Positions 42,371-59,499 of a DNA stretch of 64,000 nucleotides are shown here, piece after piece. Origin of the DNA: the human T2T-CHM13v2.0 reference genome, Homo sapiens; the NCBI RefSeq assembly GCF_009914755.1, contig NC_060937.1; one strand, given 5' to 3'. Made by a program: the position numbers and the translations under genes. Each line of letters begins with the position of its first letter. Positions within the stretch are counted from its first letter, which is position 1. The notes below the pieces were generated by a model. That model made no database searches, had not been told where the DNA came from, and saw only the letters and a list, made by a program, of their open reading frames with translations.

Positions 42371-43899
42371 AAATTATTGCACAGTGTGTACGGGTGTAAT
42401 GTAATATATGACACTATTTTCTTTACCTTTTTCCATGAGCAAAACCCCATCTTTTACACTTTTGGAACTTGCAATCATGTATCACAGCATCTTAAATACA
42501 GTAGGTATTCAACATATTATTTGTCAGCAAATATTGAGCAGCTTGACAGTTTGGGAAGCAAAGAAATGTAAAATTAATTGGCTAGTGAGTACTACAATAT
42601 CAAGCACAATTTTCGACATAGACACTATGCATATGAAACTTATATGTCAATTCTAAATGTATTATTTTTGAAATAAAAACACATATCTCTACAGCATAAA
42701 GAGATTTGAATTGCCAAAGGAGGTTATTACTTTCACTATCCATTCAGAACTTTGTAAATAAAAGACACATTTTTTCTACATTACTTTTTAAAGTGGCATT
42801 AAAATCCTACAAATAAAATATTAATTTTCAAATACTGTTGAAAATAATTTCTATTACTTTAAATCACAGAATTTAAATTTTTACATTTTTCAAATGTTAT
42901 ATTGTTTAGATGTATTTGGTATAGTGACAAACGTGAAATCTATTATCTTGACAATAGTCTGAGGGCAATAAAGAGTTATTGAATTAAGTTGAATAATTCC
43001 ACTTAGAAGTGAACTCTTCCTGTTTCTTGATGAAACAACTAAACTTAAAAAATTATCTATGTTACCCGTATCAAAAGTTTATAAAGAAATTCATAGAAGA
43101 AAAAATAATATTGGCTGAAAATGATGTGTTAGTTTTTATGCTCTGCAATACAATAAAGTCTTTACAGAAATATTTTCTAAAGGACTGGGTATTTGAGAAC
43201 TACATATAAAAATAATTTCTTGGGATATCCATGAATGTTTTATTCAAAAGGATTATTCTGTTTTACAATTCTTCAGCTAAAATGGATATTGAAACCTTGC
43301 TATCCAAATGTACCCTTGATAAAAATGCAGTTATAAAAAACTTTCTTCTTTAAAGTGCTAGTCTGTGTAATTTAATGCCACAGGCTCAAAGAAGAAACAT
43401 AATGTAGCTTTTGCTTGAATCTCTGAAGTGGTACCTGTCACAGCAACCACACAACATCCTTGCATGCATGCTAAACAGGTTGTAATGATGATATTCCTTT
43501 GGCAGTGGCAGATCTCAAATGAGTCACACCTGAGTCTTTTCTATGCACTGAGTTTTAAAAATACTGCCTGATCGTTCATTAGAAAAAATTATAAAGTCTC
43601 ATTCTCATTTTCAAAATGTCAACCCTAAAGTTAATTTTATTTGTAGAAAAAGAAAAAAGTTTACATAGTATAGAAGCCACTTGAGTTAGGCTCTTTGAGT
43701 TGACCAATAAAAAATTTTGCAGGAGGCAGTTGAAGAAACATTCCAGGTAGAGAAATAGCATTCAAATAATGTTAGGCCATTTCCCTTATATAGATCAGAC
43801 ACTCTTTAGATTTAAAAAAGTGTGTGCCGATATGTCCATAGTCTCCTGGTAGCTCAAGATCCTTTGGGTGGTAGACAGGGTGGAATGTGTTAAACTGTT

Positions 43900-44032
43900 T
43901 TTACAGTAACACCAAGATATTGTTTGTCTTTTTACTGTGTTGGCATTTGCACTGATGGTGTCAAACTAATGATAAGTAAAATTTCTGGTACCTTAGCATG
44001 AATCAAAGCAGTAGCATCAATCTGTACTAGTA
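43900..44032 (+). mobile_element. Charlie1-type hAT transposase fragment
   Basis: Translates CVGICTDGVKLMISKISGTLA*IKAVASICTS, matching the hAT/Charlie CxxICTDGAxAMxG motif. Confidence 0.75.
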
Positions 44033-44799
44033 CATAAATGATCAAGAATTTAAATAATAATAATATATTAACAATAATAATCGTGAGGAAATAAGGCACT
44101 TATCTGAAGACTGACAATTATCTCTATTACTCAGTCACTCATGGCTGGAGTTTATCTTGTAATTCTCCATAGCTACGCTGACAATTTGCTATGTAACCCC
44201 TTTACAATGTAGTGACCTGTCATGACATTCTCTAAGATTGATTTCAGAAGGAACCAGCTAATTGACTTGCTCATTACAATTACTCCTAAGGTTATACCCT
44301 TTCACACCAGGCTACCTTATGTGTTGTTCTTGCAACAGGTACATATCTCTGGACCTTTATATAGTGGTCATAGGGTATAAGGAGTAGCCTCTTGCTTTTA
44401 AACTAGTAGAAGAAATTGGCTGGGGCATGTACCATAAGGGATATATCCTTTACCTTCAGCACAAACATGTGACAGATTTGAGGGACTGTGTTTAGTTCCA
44501 TAAGCTTGGAGCATGAGGTAGAGACAAGCAGAAAGTTATGATAATAAGGTCATGAGATTGAGAGCTCTTCTCTGCCATCCATACTAAAGAGGTTCAAATT
44601 TATCCTAATTGAAACACCAGTTATGAAACTCTACTGATGTGTTTTATGAGTTTGCTTCCTGGTAAAAGCCTAGTGATTTCAATGAACATTTTTTAGCATC
44701 TTATTTGTCTTTGTAGCCCCTGATGAGAAACTGCCCATACCAGGCTTGTTGTTAATGAATAATGTATAAATTGGAGATAGACTTGTGTAGTAAGTACCC

Positions 44800-45213
44800 A
44801 ACAAAAAGGGACTCTGCAGATGTGAATGAGTTGATAAACTTTAGATGAAGCAATTATCCTGGATTATCAAAGTGAACCTAATCAAATCCCATGGATCCTT
44901 AAAAGCAGAGAAACATTCCCTGCTATGGTCAGAAGGAGACAGATAGTCAGAGAAAGACAACGATGCTGGCTTTGAAGACAGAGGGAAGGGATCCAGAAGA
45001 GAGGAATATGAATGGCCTCTAAAAGCTACAAAAGACAAGGAAACAGATTCTCCCCTACAGCCTGCAGAAGGAATGCAGCCCTTACAACACTTTTATTCCA
45101 GTGAAATCTTTGTCACATTTCTGGCTTGCAAAAATGAATAATAATAAATTTACTTTGCTTTAAAGCCATCAAGTTTATGGCAATTTGTTACGGCAGCAAT
45201 AGAAAGCTAATAC
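44800..45213 (+). mobile_element. MLT1D-like solo LTR (5' part eroded)
   Basis: attatcctggattatc...caaggaaacagattctcccctacagcctgcagaaggaatgcagccct...tttgttacggcagcaatagaaagctaatac. Confidence 0.85.
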
Positions 45214-47000
45214 TGACAACCATATTCATATAAATGAAGCAGTAGAAAATATGGGAAATAGGGCCCAGGGAATGAAGTGTGAACAAAAATAGGTATGAGA
45301 ATTTCTTCATTCTCATTACGGAATAACATTTGTGTGGAAGAATGATATATTTTCATTGTGTTCTAACATTTATTTTAATGGCAAAATAGGTTTTGCATAG
45401 TAATGACTTCAGACCCATTTCTCTCTACAATTATCTGCACTCTGTTTTCAGAATGAAATCAGTGTACCTACAGACTGCCAGTTAATGACAAGCATAGTTT
45501 ACATATTTCAGTGATGAAGAAATGGTTTGTGCAACAAGCATTCTAACACATGGAGTTTCTTCTTCCAAATATTCGTATTCTCAGGATTATAAGCCAATAG
45601 TTTTTGGGGTTATTAAAAGCAATCTTTAGAAATATAGGAAAGTTCTTTATATAGAAGATTAATTTAGAATAAGTAAGATTTAACTTCTGTTTTATGGAAA
45701 CACAAATATATTTAGCCTTCTTCCTTTTATTTTTATTATATTAAAAATGGTAAGTGCTAACTCAGTACTTTACATTTCTTAAAGCAAAATTTCTAGGTAA
45801 AATTTTTCCAACCGTGGTCTAGTTTTGATAAAATTTGTAGTATCCTTTAGTTTTAACAATAATTTAATTTAATATATATGTTCATATTGTGTGTATTTAT
45901 ACACACATATATAAACATGTTAAAAGTTATTAAAACTGGAGGAAATGGCTTTAAGCATATATTTTAACATTATAAGTACCACTACTAGTAACACTAATAA
46001 AAAAATAATAAACAACATATCATGCATGCATGTATTATTATGAAAGACAAATAGTAAAAATCCTAATTTAAACCAAAATAAAAACAAAGAAAAAGTAATA
46101 AAACAGGATGTACAGAGACCATATAACAAGTGATAGAGAACAAAATAAATATGCAGGAAACTTTAAAATAAAAGTTTGTAAAACATGATGACAATTTTCA
46201 ACACAAGATATTTGTTTCAACAGTAAGCATACATGTGAACAATTTCATTCATTAAAAAAAGACATACGTTCATATTAGCCCCGTATCAACACCCAAATAC
46301 ATATCTGTAAGACAGGCATATGAGGAAGTCTCCTGTATTTTGCATATGTGTTTGAACTAACGTATTTATTAAAATAAAAATTCTTGGATTATTTTTAAAT
46401 GCTGTTGTAAGATAGGAAATTGTTCTTGCTTTTTAACATATTGCAACATTTGGAAAATTACAGCTCACATCAAAGAAAAATCTACTTTATGTTTGGAATA
46501 TAATAATAAAAGTCTGAACTCTTCCTTCTAACTCTGAACTTTCTGATAACATAGAATAGATGATTATCAGTTCTTGCTCATGATGAGGAGTAACTTGATG
46601 GCATCACGGGCTCAGAAGACCACATTCCTGCATTATTTTAAGGTTCTTTATTTAATATAATTGGTGGCTACAGGAAGCTTTAAACTAGGGCCTTGTTACA
46701 AACTCAATGGAATTTATAAAGGAATAGATTATGAGATTTTTAAATTACCATAAAAATGGAGGTTGTGACTTAAGAAGGCAATAAGGCAGCTTATTACCCA
46801 TTACTGCCTTCACAAGATATAAATCCTCAAAGCTGAAAGGATGAAACCCAGAATTGCATAAAGCGCTAATGGCAAAATTAACTTCCATTCGAAAAAATAA
46901 TTTTGGAGATGTAGTTGCTCATGCCTCCTATTCAAGAAGAAGAGAAATTAAATGTATAACTATGTTGAGACTTTTTCTAAGACCCTTGTGTGTAGGCTAC

Positions 47001-47462
47001 TATGGTAGGCTGACCACTGGTACCCCAAAGATATCCCCTTCTTAATACCTATAACATGTGAGTATTACCTTGTATAGAAAAAAAAGGACTTTGTAGATGT
47101 GACTACATTAATGATCTTGAAATGTGGAGGTTATCCTGGACTACCCTAGTGAGCCCAGTATAATCACAAAAGTTCTTAGATAGACTCAGAAGAAGTCAAA
47201 GAGAGAATACTCACATGAGAACAAGAGATTGAAATGATGTGAGAAAAAGGCCAAGGAATATAGGTGATCTAGAGAAGCTGAAAAAAAGCAAGAAAAAACA
47301 TTCTTTTTACAGCACCTCTGAAAAGAACCAGACTTGTTGAAGCTTTGACTTTTTTCCCAGTGAGATTGATCTGAGAATTCTTATCTCCAGAACTATAAGA
47401 AAATAAAAGTTGTTTTGTGTAAGTAATTAATCTTGGTACAGTGGTAGTAGAAAATGAATACA
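47001..47462 (+). mobile_element. MLT1C/D-like solo LTR
   Basis: tatggtaggctga..ccccaaagatatc...ggactttgtagatgtga...ctccagaactataagaaaataaa...aatgaataca. Confidence 0.8.
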
Positions 47463-48236
47463 ACTACTTAAACAGGGCTTAGGAGAGCTAACATGTCTCA
47501 GCCACAGAACTTAGGAGTTTTGTGACAAGTAATATCAAGTTAATGTAAGAATTTCTTTTTTAAAATCCAGCATTTGGGAGAGTGCTTGTAACAGCTAAGG
47601 TGATGTAAGTTAGAAAATAGTAATTACTTGGCTTTGTTCTTCAATGAATAAATAATTGAAAAAAATTTTAAATTTATCTCTTCGAACATATCACTCTTCT
47701 TTAAGAATCAAATAGCGATAATAAATGTAATGAAAACATTATAATAATAAAGTTAAATTAAGTTTTCAAATTCTTTCCTCCATAAAACCATTTCCTTTTG
47801 ATACATGTCCAACATAGGAACTGGCATCCAAATTACTTATATTGAATCCTGACAAATATCTGCCCTGAAACTGAAGAGAAAAAAACTGAAGAGAAAAGCA
47901 CTGATTAAGAATTTTGACAAAATCAAAATTCTTCCTAGAAGCTATATATTTCACATTCTATTCATATTATTATAATAATTTTATATGTGGAAGAAGCTGG
48001 CCAGTTATAAGGCTTTTTAAATATAAATATTTTAGAAATTTTGATATTTTGAAAATGTTTTGCTGTGAGCTGCTCTTATAGCATTTTAACTGACTTATAA
48101 TTCCAGAAAATACTTGGAAACCTTGATAAACCCTATATTGCACAAAATAAAGATATAATAGAAGATCACAAACATTGATCACAAACACAAACCTTAAAAG
48201 ACATAAAGATCACAAATACTGACAAGCTATGGCTGC

Positions 48237-48890
<654 letters not shown>

Positions 48891-50723
48891 TTTCTTTTTT
48901 TAATGTAATATATGTATATAGTTTTAAAAACTCTAACAGTACAAAGGCTGCGTGATGAAAAAATCAGTCTTCTTGTCATCCTGACCCTACTCTCCTCTCT
49001 AAAGGCAGACACTCCAGTCAGCCTGCTAAGTATCACACAGAGATATTCGGTGCTCATACTTAGAGAATACATGTATATCCTCTGCCCTTCCATTTTTACG
49101 TCTGTGATACTCTCACATTCATCTACATTGCTTGTTTGTTTTAAATGATATGTTTTGCAGGTCATTCCTTTATCAGCTTTTATAGGCTTGTTCATTCTTT
49201 TTAATGGAAACGCCATATTTTCAATTTATAACATATCATTTATTTAATCAGTTATGTGTGCATGTGTGTTTGTGTGCGTGGGTGTGTGTAAAAGATCATT
49301 GATCACAGAGATAACTCAAAAAAAGAATTAGGAAAATACATAAAAAATTTTTGTTACAGCTAATGTTAGTTACTTCAGTGAGTACTACCTACTAAAGAAA
49401 GCATGAAAAGGACAGCAAGTTACATTTGTTCAAGTTCATGTGTTTATTGTAGGTTACATTTGCAGATTTGAGTCATTTCTCTTCTTTAACTTGTGCGATA
49501 AATTACTTACTATTGCACTGAGCAATAAATACTGGGATGATTAATATGTTATTTCTCATATTGATATTGAACATTGATGTCTAGAACTCAGTTCCAATTG
49601 ATTATATCTTAATTTAAAATTATTCATCTTTTGCAAAATGTAACTTGAATACATAAGTCATAAAAATAGATTATTACATTGTCTCTAATTTCTATTACTT
49701 TTTTCTGGGTGGTGTTTTAATAACTGCTTTTATGCTTTTCTGTAATGACAGTGCCAAGAAGAATAGAAAAACTGATAACAATTTTGAAGATCATCTTAGA
49801 ATAAATTCCTCTATTACACATATTATAGTCCCAGATTCAATTCCATATATTGAACAAGCTACTATAAAGTTTATACTATAAAATACATTTTTATTTCATT
49901 TGATTTTATTTTATGAAAAACAGAGAAAAGGTATTATCAAGTTTTGACTGTTAAATGTGTGAACATATAAGAAAATCAGAAATATCCAAGGTCAAAATTA
50001 GAATTTCCCCTTTACCAATTGATTAATCATGAGTAATTTATGCACTGAACCTCCATTTATTAATATGTAAAATTCAATTAATAATATGCATACCACAAAA
50101 TTATGTGACAATAAGATAATTTAAGATACAGAAATATTTTTATTGTTCAATTCAGGAGAGATTGACGACTCTGTCAGCCACTGTACTAGACAGATATTGG
50201 TGACTGTTACTGTTAATGATGTAGGCCAAACAAAAATATAAATATGTCAGTAGATTTATTTGTAATGAAAATAATGTAGTATTAAAAGAGTGATTACCTA
50301 GGATCTAGCTATGGTTTGCAAAATCTCTAATTGTGTGAATTTGTGATGTCTGAGCTTAAGATTCTTATTAAATAGAAAGACTGTATCAGCTGATCTCTAA
50401 AATTTCATCATGCATATTATTAAATTAACTAGTAACATTCACAAATAATAATATATAGGTACCTATGTTGAGTGTGAAAATAAACAATTTCAGGGTGACT
50501 TTTAGGCCTTTCTCTCCCATGAGTAGAGTGAGAATAGTATGTAAAGTTTACGGTTTATAAAGATCAGGAAACAGCAGTTCTTGGTTATGATAATTGTCAT
50601 GGAGAAAAGTAGTCAATTTTACTCAAAATTGTTGTCAACTACCTTTGAGAGTCAGCATTTTAAAATTAATGCTTGAAGCAATTATATGGAAGTAGTGGCA
50701 TAATAATGTATATCAAACAAGTC

Positions 50724-51002
50724 GGAAGGAAGGAAGGAAAACGAAGGGAGGAAGAAAGAATGAGAGAAGAAAGAAAGAAAAAGAAAAGAAAGGAAAGGAA
50801 GGAAAGAAGGGAAAGAAGAAAGAACAAAGGAAAGAAAGAGAAAAGAAAAGAAAAAAGTAGAGGAATAAAGGAGAGAAAGAGATAGGGAAGAGGGAGGGAT
50901 AAAGAGGGAGGAGCAGAAGAAGGGAAAAGGAAGGAAGAAGGAAAGGGAAGGAGGGAAGGAAGGAAAGGGGAACGAGGGAGGGAGGAAAGAAAGGAAGAAA
51001 AG
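50724..51002. repeat. GA-rich polypurine low-complexity tract
   Basis: About 280 bp of GGAA/GAAA/GAGG units with very few pyrimidines. Confidence 0.92.
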
Positions 51003-52419
51003 TTTACGATGTATCTTTGAGCTGTCAAAATGAATTTGAAAAGTACAAGGTTTCTATTCAGGTAATGTAGATAGTAATCCTATGTACTAAAATTATCCTC
51101 AAAAAATGAGTCAAGGAGGCCTCAGAATGTACATTGAGAAATTACCTCACAAAAAGGGCACTGAGCCAGTAAAACATAATTGAGTTTAATAAAAGAAAAG
51201 AGGTTGAAAAATAGCAGATTAACCACAGAATTGAAAAGGGAAATAAATTCTGCCCATTTTTCAATCTTGCTTTTTTTTTTCATTTTGAGAAGGATAATAT
51301 GAAAAATCGTTCGTTTTCTAAATCAATTATGTTTTAAGCTTAGCCAGTCTGCCTGCACAATGACATTTATGTGTTGAGATGGCCTTGTATTAATAGGCAG
51401 AAATTGTAAATGCTTATAAACTGGGCATAAGAAGCATTATTTTCTTACTGTTTTGGAACCACCGCTTTCCACCCTCAGTCCCCAAGATGTTTGTATCAGA
51501 GAATTTTCTACTTGTTTCGTATATTTGTTTGCCCAGAAATAAAATCATAATTTCTTTTGAACTAAGTTCATATACAGTAATGTAGTTTTGGTTAGCCAAT
51601 CTATAATTTATACCTGTGTATACATAGATTTTATTCTAATATGTGTGCATAAACATGAGCATTGATTCTTCAATTCTCTTTAAATTATCCTTATTAATAA
51701 AAGAGAGCCTTTGGTTCTCTTTTTTTGGGAAAAAAATGTATAGTCTCAAATCTAAATTTAATGGAAAATAAAAGTCAGAAATAAAGCTCTGTTTGTATTA
51801 AATTTCATTGAATACAATTTTTAAAGAAACAGCAGAAACTTCTTTTGTCTTCAAGTAGTAATACCATACCCTAAATTAAATTATTTATTCATTCTATAAG
51901 ATTATGGAACTAAGAACTGAAGGATTCTAGAGACAAATCTTGGGAATGACTAGGCAGGCTGCTATATCACATCTACGGTAAATGAAGATTATGGGGTTTT
52001 AGAATCATTTGGGTATCATCTAAAATAATTTTCTGAGTTTGTAACTTCTTTTCTCTACTCACGGGAATACAGATAGTAATAATTATCTCCAATTTCACTT
52101 ACTTTGAAAACATATTTTCTTGTCACTCTCTCCTGATTAACTATGAATATATCTGGCATATTCATTTCCATAAATATAACAGATGAACTTTTGTTGGTAT
52201 TTTAAAATATTTTTTCATGTCACCATATTCCTTTCTGAACATTTATAAATGACAGACATTCATATCAACTGAATTGTATTGTATAGTGACCATCACAGGT
52301 TTTTATTCAGATCTGAATACAGATCAACATTAAAAATAAGAGGAGAAGCTGAGAACCATGTAAAACTCTGTAAAGGGCTACAATAATGCATAGTTATTGT
52401 CGAAGTCTTCACAGTACCT

Positions 52420-53097
<678 letters not shown>

Positions 53098-53455
53098 GTA
53101 CCACACAAACGTGTTTGCGAGTAGAAGGTACCCAATAAATAAAGTTAGATAAGTGAATAAAAGAATAATGTATTTAATAACAACTGAAATTAGACATACT
53201 AGTTTTTTGTAATAAAGCATACATTGCAATAGAGGTATGAATATGTAAAAATTCTCATTTTCCCTGTTTTTGGTAGGTTTTCGAGGGTAAAATTGTAATA
53301 TGTTAATTTAAAAATATGAAACTCAGAGTATAATAGATAAAACAGCTAATTTAATTAATTGAAGCATTTAAGAAGGGAAAAGCATTTAAACTGTGTTAGT
53401 GGAAGGTCAACATAAGCCTGCTTTGTCTGGGTATAGACTTCACTGCTGTGTGGTC

Positions 53456-53457
<2 letters not shown>

Positions 53458-53486
<29 letters not shown>
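53458..53486. repeat. (TG)n microsatellite
   Basis: About 14 uninterrupted units. Confidence 0.95.
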
Positions 53487-53488
<2 letters not shown>

Positions 53489-56400
53489 CTCATCTTAGGC
53501 ACTGTGAACTATACACACATGTATACACATAACACATACACCAACATAGTGAAAGATATAAAGAGTGAAACAAGTGTCTTGGTAAGTGTGTTTTATTTTA
53601 CATGGACATTTTTATTTAAGAAAAAAAGCTTATTAAGAATCTAGCAAGCTTATTTAAGCAGGAATTAGTGAGATTAGATCAAGAAGTAAATTAAAACTAA
53701 AAAGTAGCTTAGAAATCTGTCTTGGCAAACACATCAAAAGGTAAAAATTTTTAAAATGGGCAGTCAGAAAGTAGATGGAAAATTAAGCAAGATAAAAATT
53801 TTTAAATCATCTTTCACAGATCGACAGAAGGAAACTAGAGAAGAATAATGTGAAGAGGCTTCTTGCACATAGTCCGTTACTTCTAGGATGATACACTGAA
53901 AATGCAATGTCTTTGGTTGTGGAAAAGGATCCAACAAAACTGTATGGATTTCACTGGGCAGGGAAACATAGCTGTTATTTAAATTGTCAAACTTTAGGGA
54001 TCCTTTTCAAAAGTAATCTCTGATTTATTTTCCCTGAAGAATATGTCAGAAAAGAGATCTTCAACTTATAAAAAGAATAGCAATGTAAATATTTCCCTTT
54101 TTTGGCTCATTTTTCATGTATATATCTTTTTTCTGTTCTTGTTTGTTTACTGTTTGTTTCTTTTTTATACAGTAATGGTGTCAATTTTAATAGCTGTTAT
54201 CTGATGTGGAAATCCGTATGAGATGTGACAGTTTCAGTAAATGGCAATAAAATCATGACATAAATCTTCACATAATGAGAACACTCACTATTCCTCCCAT
54301 ACTTAGAGTGGAGAACAGGGACCTCTGTTTTCTAGTTGGAAGCTATGTGAAATGCTGTGATGATCAGATATTTGCTGTTGCTGAACCAGTTGTTATTCTA
54401 GAAATGAGGAAACAGCTTGACAAGATGGTCCTGGAAGATAACTGCTCCCTCACCAAGGGCAGAGGAACTGATGTCACTGTCAAGGTCACAGGGGACAATC
54501 TGGACCACACTGTCCCCTAATATGTTCATCAATGTATTAGATTATCTTAGTTTATAATTTAGGACCAAATACATCTCTTATGGAAACATTAGCACCATGT
54601 CTTTTGATGTGGATTAAGACATGATTCAGAGAAAATTCTGTTGCAGAAGTCATTGACACAAACAATAGTCTTTCATGGTCTTATGACAGCAACATTTATA
54701 TGCATTTATGAAACTTCCATAATCATTGCTCTATATAATTAATGTTTTCTTAGAAAATAAAATCATGTCACTATAGGCAAATTTTATTTTAACTTTGAAC
54801 AATTCAATAGCATTTATTCTGTGTTTACTAGGCGCAAGAACCTGTGCAAAATAATATGTAAGAAAAAGAAATGAAAATCATGGATCCTAGCTTAAAGGAG
54901 ATTAAATTCATTGAGGTAAAAATACCTTTAGGCACACCTACCCACACACTAAAAACAGTACACAAACTAAAATAATAATAATACAGTTCGGATTGTGAAA
55001 GTCTTTGTTTACTCTTTAAACTGAATCACTAAAATTAGAAAGTGTCTAAATTTAGCCACATATGAGTAAATATTAGTGTAAATACTAAATAAACTTGCAA
55101 AGTAACTTGGAACATCTATTAGTGCTATTCTTATAATAGTTTGCCAGCCATTTAAATAATGAAATTTTTAGTACAATTTGCAGTTGATCTTATAATTTTG
55201 AAAAATGGATCATTCATACAATAGATTTAAAAGCTTTTGAGGTGTTAGGATGTGCACCATAGCAAGTCACACATTAATGTTAATGTATGCATTTTGGAAC
55301 AATGCATTATGTCATTGATTTATGTATTATGTCAATGAGACTTACATATTTTATTTACTGCATAATTTATGATATCAGGTAACAAAATATTACTACCTCA
55401 TGTTTCTGCTACCATATGATTAAAACAATTTACAGTTTTCCAGTTGCCTTCCAAACCAATGTTTCTGTAAATTTCTTTTGATTTATTTGGTTTTCAAAGG
55501 CATTTCCTGCTTTAATTTATTTTTATAACTTTACTAAGAGAGAAATGAATATGAATTATTCCTTTTCTTTTTCCTATTGATTATCTCCTACTTATTCTCC
55601 CTTCCATTCATTTAGATTCTTCATTTTCTGATTGTCTAGACACCATTCTTTTAGTGCTACTACTTTTACTAAATTTAAATTTCACCTCCTCTAAAGCATT
55701 TTTTCGCTTTAGAGGCCAGGGCCTCTTGACATTTATCCTTTTCATCAGAATCCTTTTATCATTTGCTATGGGTTGGCTCTGCCATTTCTCTTTCCTCTCT
55801 CTTTCTACTGCTAATAGGAGAATAGTACCATATGTATTTCTATACTACGTTTTTCCTCCTTATCACTTTCTGAAGAGTGTCTAACATTCACTTGCTGTGT
55901 TAGAAAAGAGCTTGAACAAAGAAAGAGGAAAAGCCTACAGCTGATGGCCTTCCAGCAGGATTATAAAATCATTGCTAGAATGAGAAGCCAGCTGTTGCCA
56001 TGGCATTTTGCCTAGCATCGTTGAATCAGGTGTCTTCTTTGTGAATGGAGAATATTGGCATCTTAATACCATAGGTACAAGTCACATATGTTGCATGTAC
56101 CTGTAATGTCTGGGAGCTACTTGAATGAAATTGTGGTCACTCACCAGGAATCAGACATCTGATTTCAACCCTGCCTCTGTCAGTGAAAATATACATATAT
56201 TGGCACAGATAATTAGTTCAACTGTGTTTCATTTTACCCAGTGGCAATCAGCATTAGTGACACATACTTCAGTTAATTGTTGAGGCACTTTCCTTGCTTT
56301 TGAAACCTGCACCCTTTGTTAGCATCGGTGTGCACTGAAAATGATGATATTTGGAGTTTGTTAGACAAGCAAAGAAAAAAAATTACAAGTTTGACATATA

Positions 56401-56589
56401 AAGTTCTCGAATATTTTCTAAATAAACATATTGTCATCAAGCTTCATAAATGACACATAATCACTGAAATAAGCACAACTGAAATTGCACATGTAATTTA
56501 GTTTTTTGACAAAAAATAAACAAGTACATTCTCAAGATTATTACGTGACAAGTTGCCTATTACTAAAAAAAAAAAACTTTGGTGTTTAA

Positions 56590-56997
<408 letters not shown>

Positions 56998-59499
56998 TGA
57001 GCACTCAGAGGAACTCAAATTTTGATGGAGAGAAAGGGACAAACATATTCCACTGAAGATACTGGATATGTGTACACTCCTTGGTGACCTAGAATCACTG
57101 CTCCTTACCTGGATTCAATCTTAACAAATTATTTATAAGATAAAGAGAAATGACAGTTGATTGTGTTAGTTGCTATATGGTAGAAGGTAGAAAAGCTTAA
57201 GAAAATTTAACTTCATTTTCCCTTCAGTAAAATAATATCTATTAAAAATAAATAATAAAATAAAATTTAGTATAAAGACATTTGTTAGAAAAAAAGTACT
57301 TAGCATTAGTATTCAGAAGCTACATAGCATATTTATTTATCCACTTTAAGCATATTTCAGATGGCTGAGCACACATCTCATGGTCTCACATTCAAGCCAC
57401 AAATTTATGCAATATGTTCTGTTAATTTAATTGACTAATACTGTACATTTCTGAAAGTATTTTCTTTATGTCAATGTAGTTTTAAAGATTTATTCTGCTT
57501 CATCAAGGGCTCTCTGTATCTATTCAGTGAATAGTTTATTTTCTCTCATTGGATAACTCCTTTCAAAAATTTCCCACTTTTTTATTCAAAATAATTGCAG
57601 TTAAATATGTCCAAGTTGAATTATTTTTTCATTACATGTCTACGATAGTGAAATAAGGAAGATTCTCCAAAAATAACCTTGGGAGATCACTTTTGGTTCA
57701 CTAGAGGAAACTGGAAGTGGGGGATATTGCTTTTCCCAGTAGGAAGAGTTACATGCAAACAGGGCAAAATCCCATGGCCCACAAGGCATTTAACTCCTGT
57801 AGAGAGAGCTGGTAAGGAGCTTCATTTCAGACAATCCCTAATGTAAAAAGTGTGTGCAGAGTTATAAAGTATAAAAAGTGAGATTTTTTTACAAAGTAGA
57901 TTATTGGGGAACGTAATTAGACAGGACTAACCAGGAAGGCAGATTTGATTTAGAAAGGGTGGGGTCAGTACTCCTTCAGGGACCTGGTTATCCAAAGATT
58001 TTTTTTTAATCCTTTTCACAGCAATCTGTTGTTCTTCTTGGATAACAGCCAGCCAGCACCCTGTTCATTCTCTACTGAAAATGTCACATTCCCATAGATT
58101 CCCTATGAAAAGTAAATCTTCAAGAAGTAGAATTTCCATGTAGAAACAAAGACACACACTTAGATCCCAAGAGATCCCTAAACCAGCTACTCTCCTGAGT
58201 TGATAAGGCTTCAAACTGATCTTCTCTTCTCTTTCCACCTTTTGCCCAAAGAAACTTTCTCTTTTACCCAATATCTTATTCCATATAAAATTATAGAATT
58301 TGTCTTCAGTCATTTTCATGGTCATAGTTAGACACAGAAAGGACTCCCATGAATGATGTGATAACTGTGAAAAGATGTACCTATTCAACAGTGAGAAAAT
58401 TAGAATCGGGGTCAAACATGTTTTTGATAGTCTCTTTAGTTCATTCATTCAATGCCCTCCATATGAAGATAAGACCAAAGCTTCTAAAGTTCTCTATGAT
58501 CCCTGCTGTGAGTTGTTGCCATATATTTATTTTCAACTAGTAAATTTCGTGAAGTTTTCTTTGGATTTTCTTCTTGAACAAATAAATCCATTTCACCAAG
58601 GCAAAGCGATCCTAAAAATTAAGGAACTGTGTTGAAATATTCATATTCTGGAGAAAATTGATCCTGGGGAAAAGTAAAACCTATTGCTGTGTTATATGTG
58701 TAATGAGTAGGTAACGTATCAAATTAAAAAGTGTTAGCAGTTTATTATAGCTGAGCAATCACTGAATTGAAAACAAAACATTTTCAATTCAGTGATTGCT
58801 TTTCATAAACATTAAGGACATGACCTGGAGATAAGAAGATAAGACATTATAAAATCCAACATCAGATTTCAAAGGCTTTTGCTGGCTAGGGTGAAGCTTT
58901 TTGTCTTTCTCTTTGTTGTTTTGTTGATCAACAATGTAATCCAAAGGAAACTGTAAGTAACATCCAGTGTATTTTGTTTTAAACACATATCGTGCATATA
59001 ATTTATTGATTTTGCCTAATACTTCATTTAATCCCTGTCTTTTCTCCTTCTCTATGCTTACTGCTAAATAACATCCCACATAGCACCTGGCACATGGCGT
59101 GCTCTCAATAAATAATTATTAACTGAATTTGCTACTTAGAAAATTTAGTATTATCAAGTCTCGCATGGAAAAAAATGGATGACATGTTTTAAAAGTAATA
59201 TAAAATGTAAGTTTCTCTATTCTTGAAATATGATAATGCTTCATTTCTCCCCATCTTGTTATATTTCTAGCGGAGATGACCTGGAAATTGCAGAAGCTTC
59301 ATGAAAGTCAAGATTGCCTCTAAATAGGATGAAGAAGTATAGAAATGAAGCCAAGATGTCTGTTGTAAACATTACTTAGTAATCGTAAGAAAGCTCCAAT
59401 TTTAAGAGTTTATTTTCCATCCTGCAAAATAATGTACCTGTGCTCAAATCAAAACGTTAGAATCAAATATCTCACTGTCAGTACCATTTGTAAAACTGT

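Noticed and set aside
50666-51028. Lys/Arg/Glu-rich and Phe/Leu/Ser-rich ORFs
   Set aside because: Translation artefacts of the polypurine tract.
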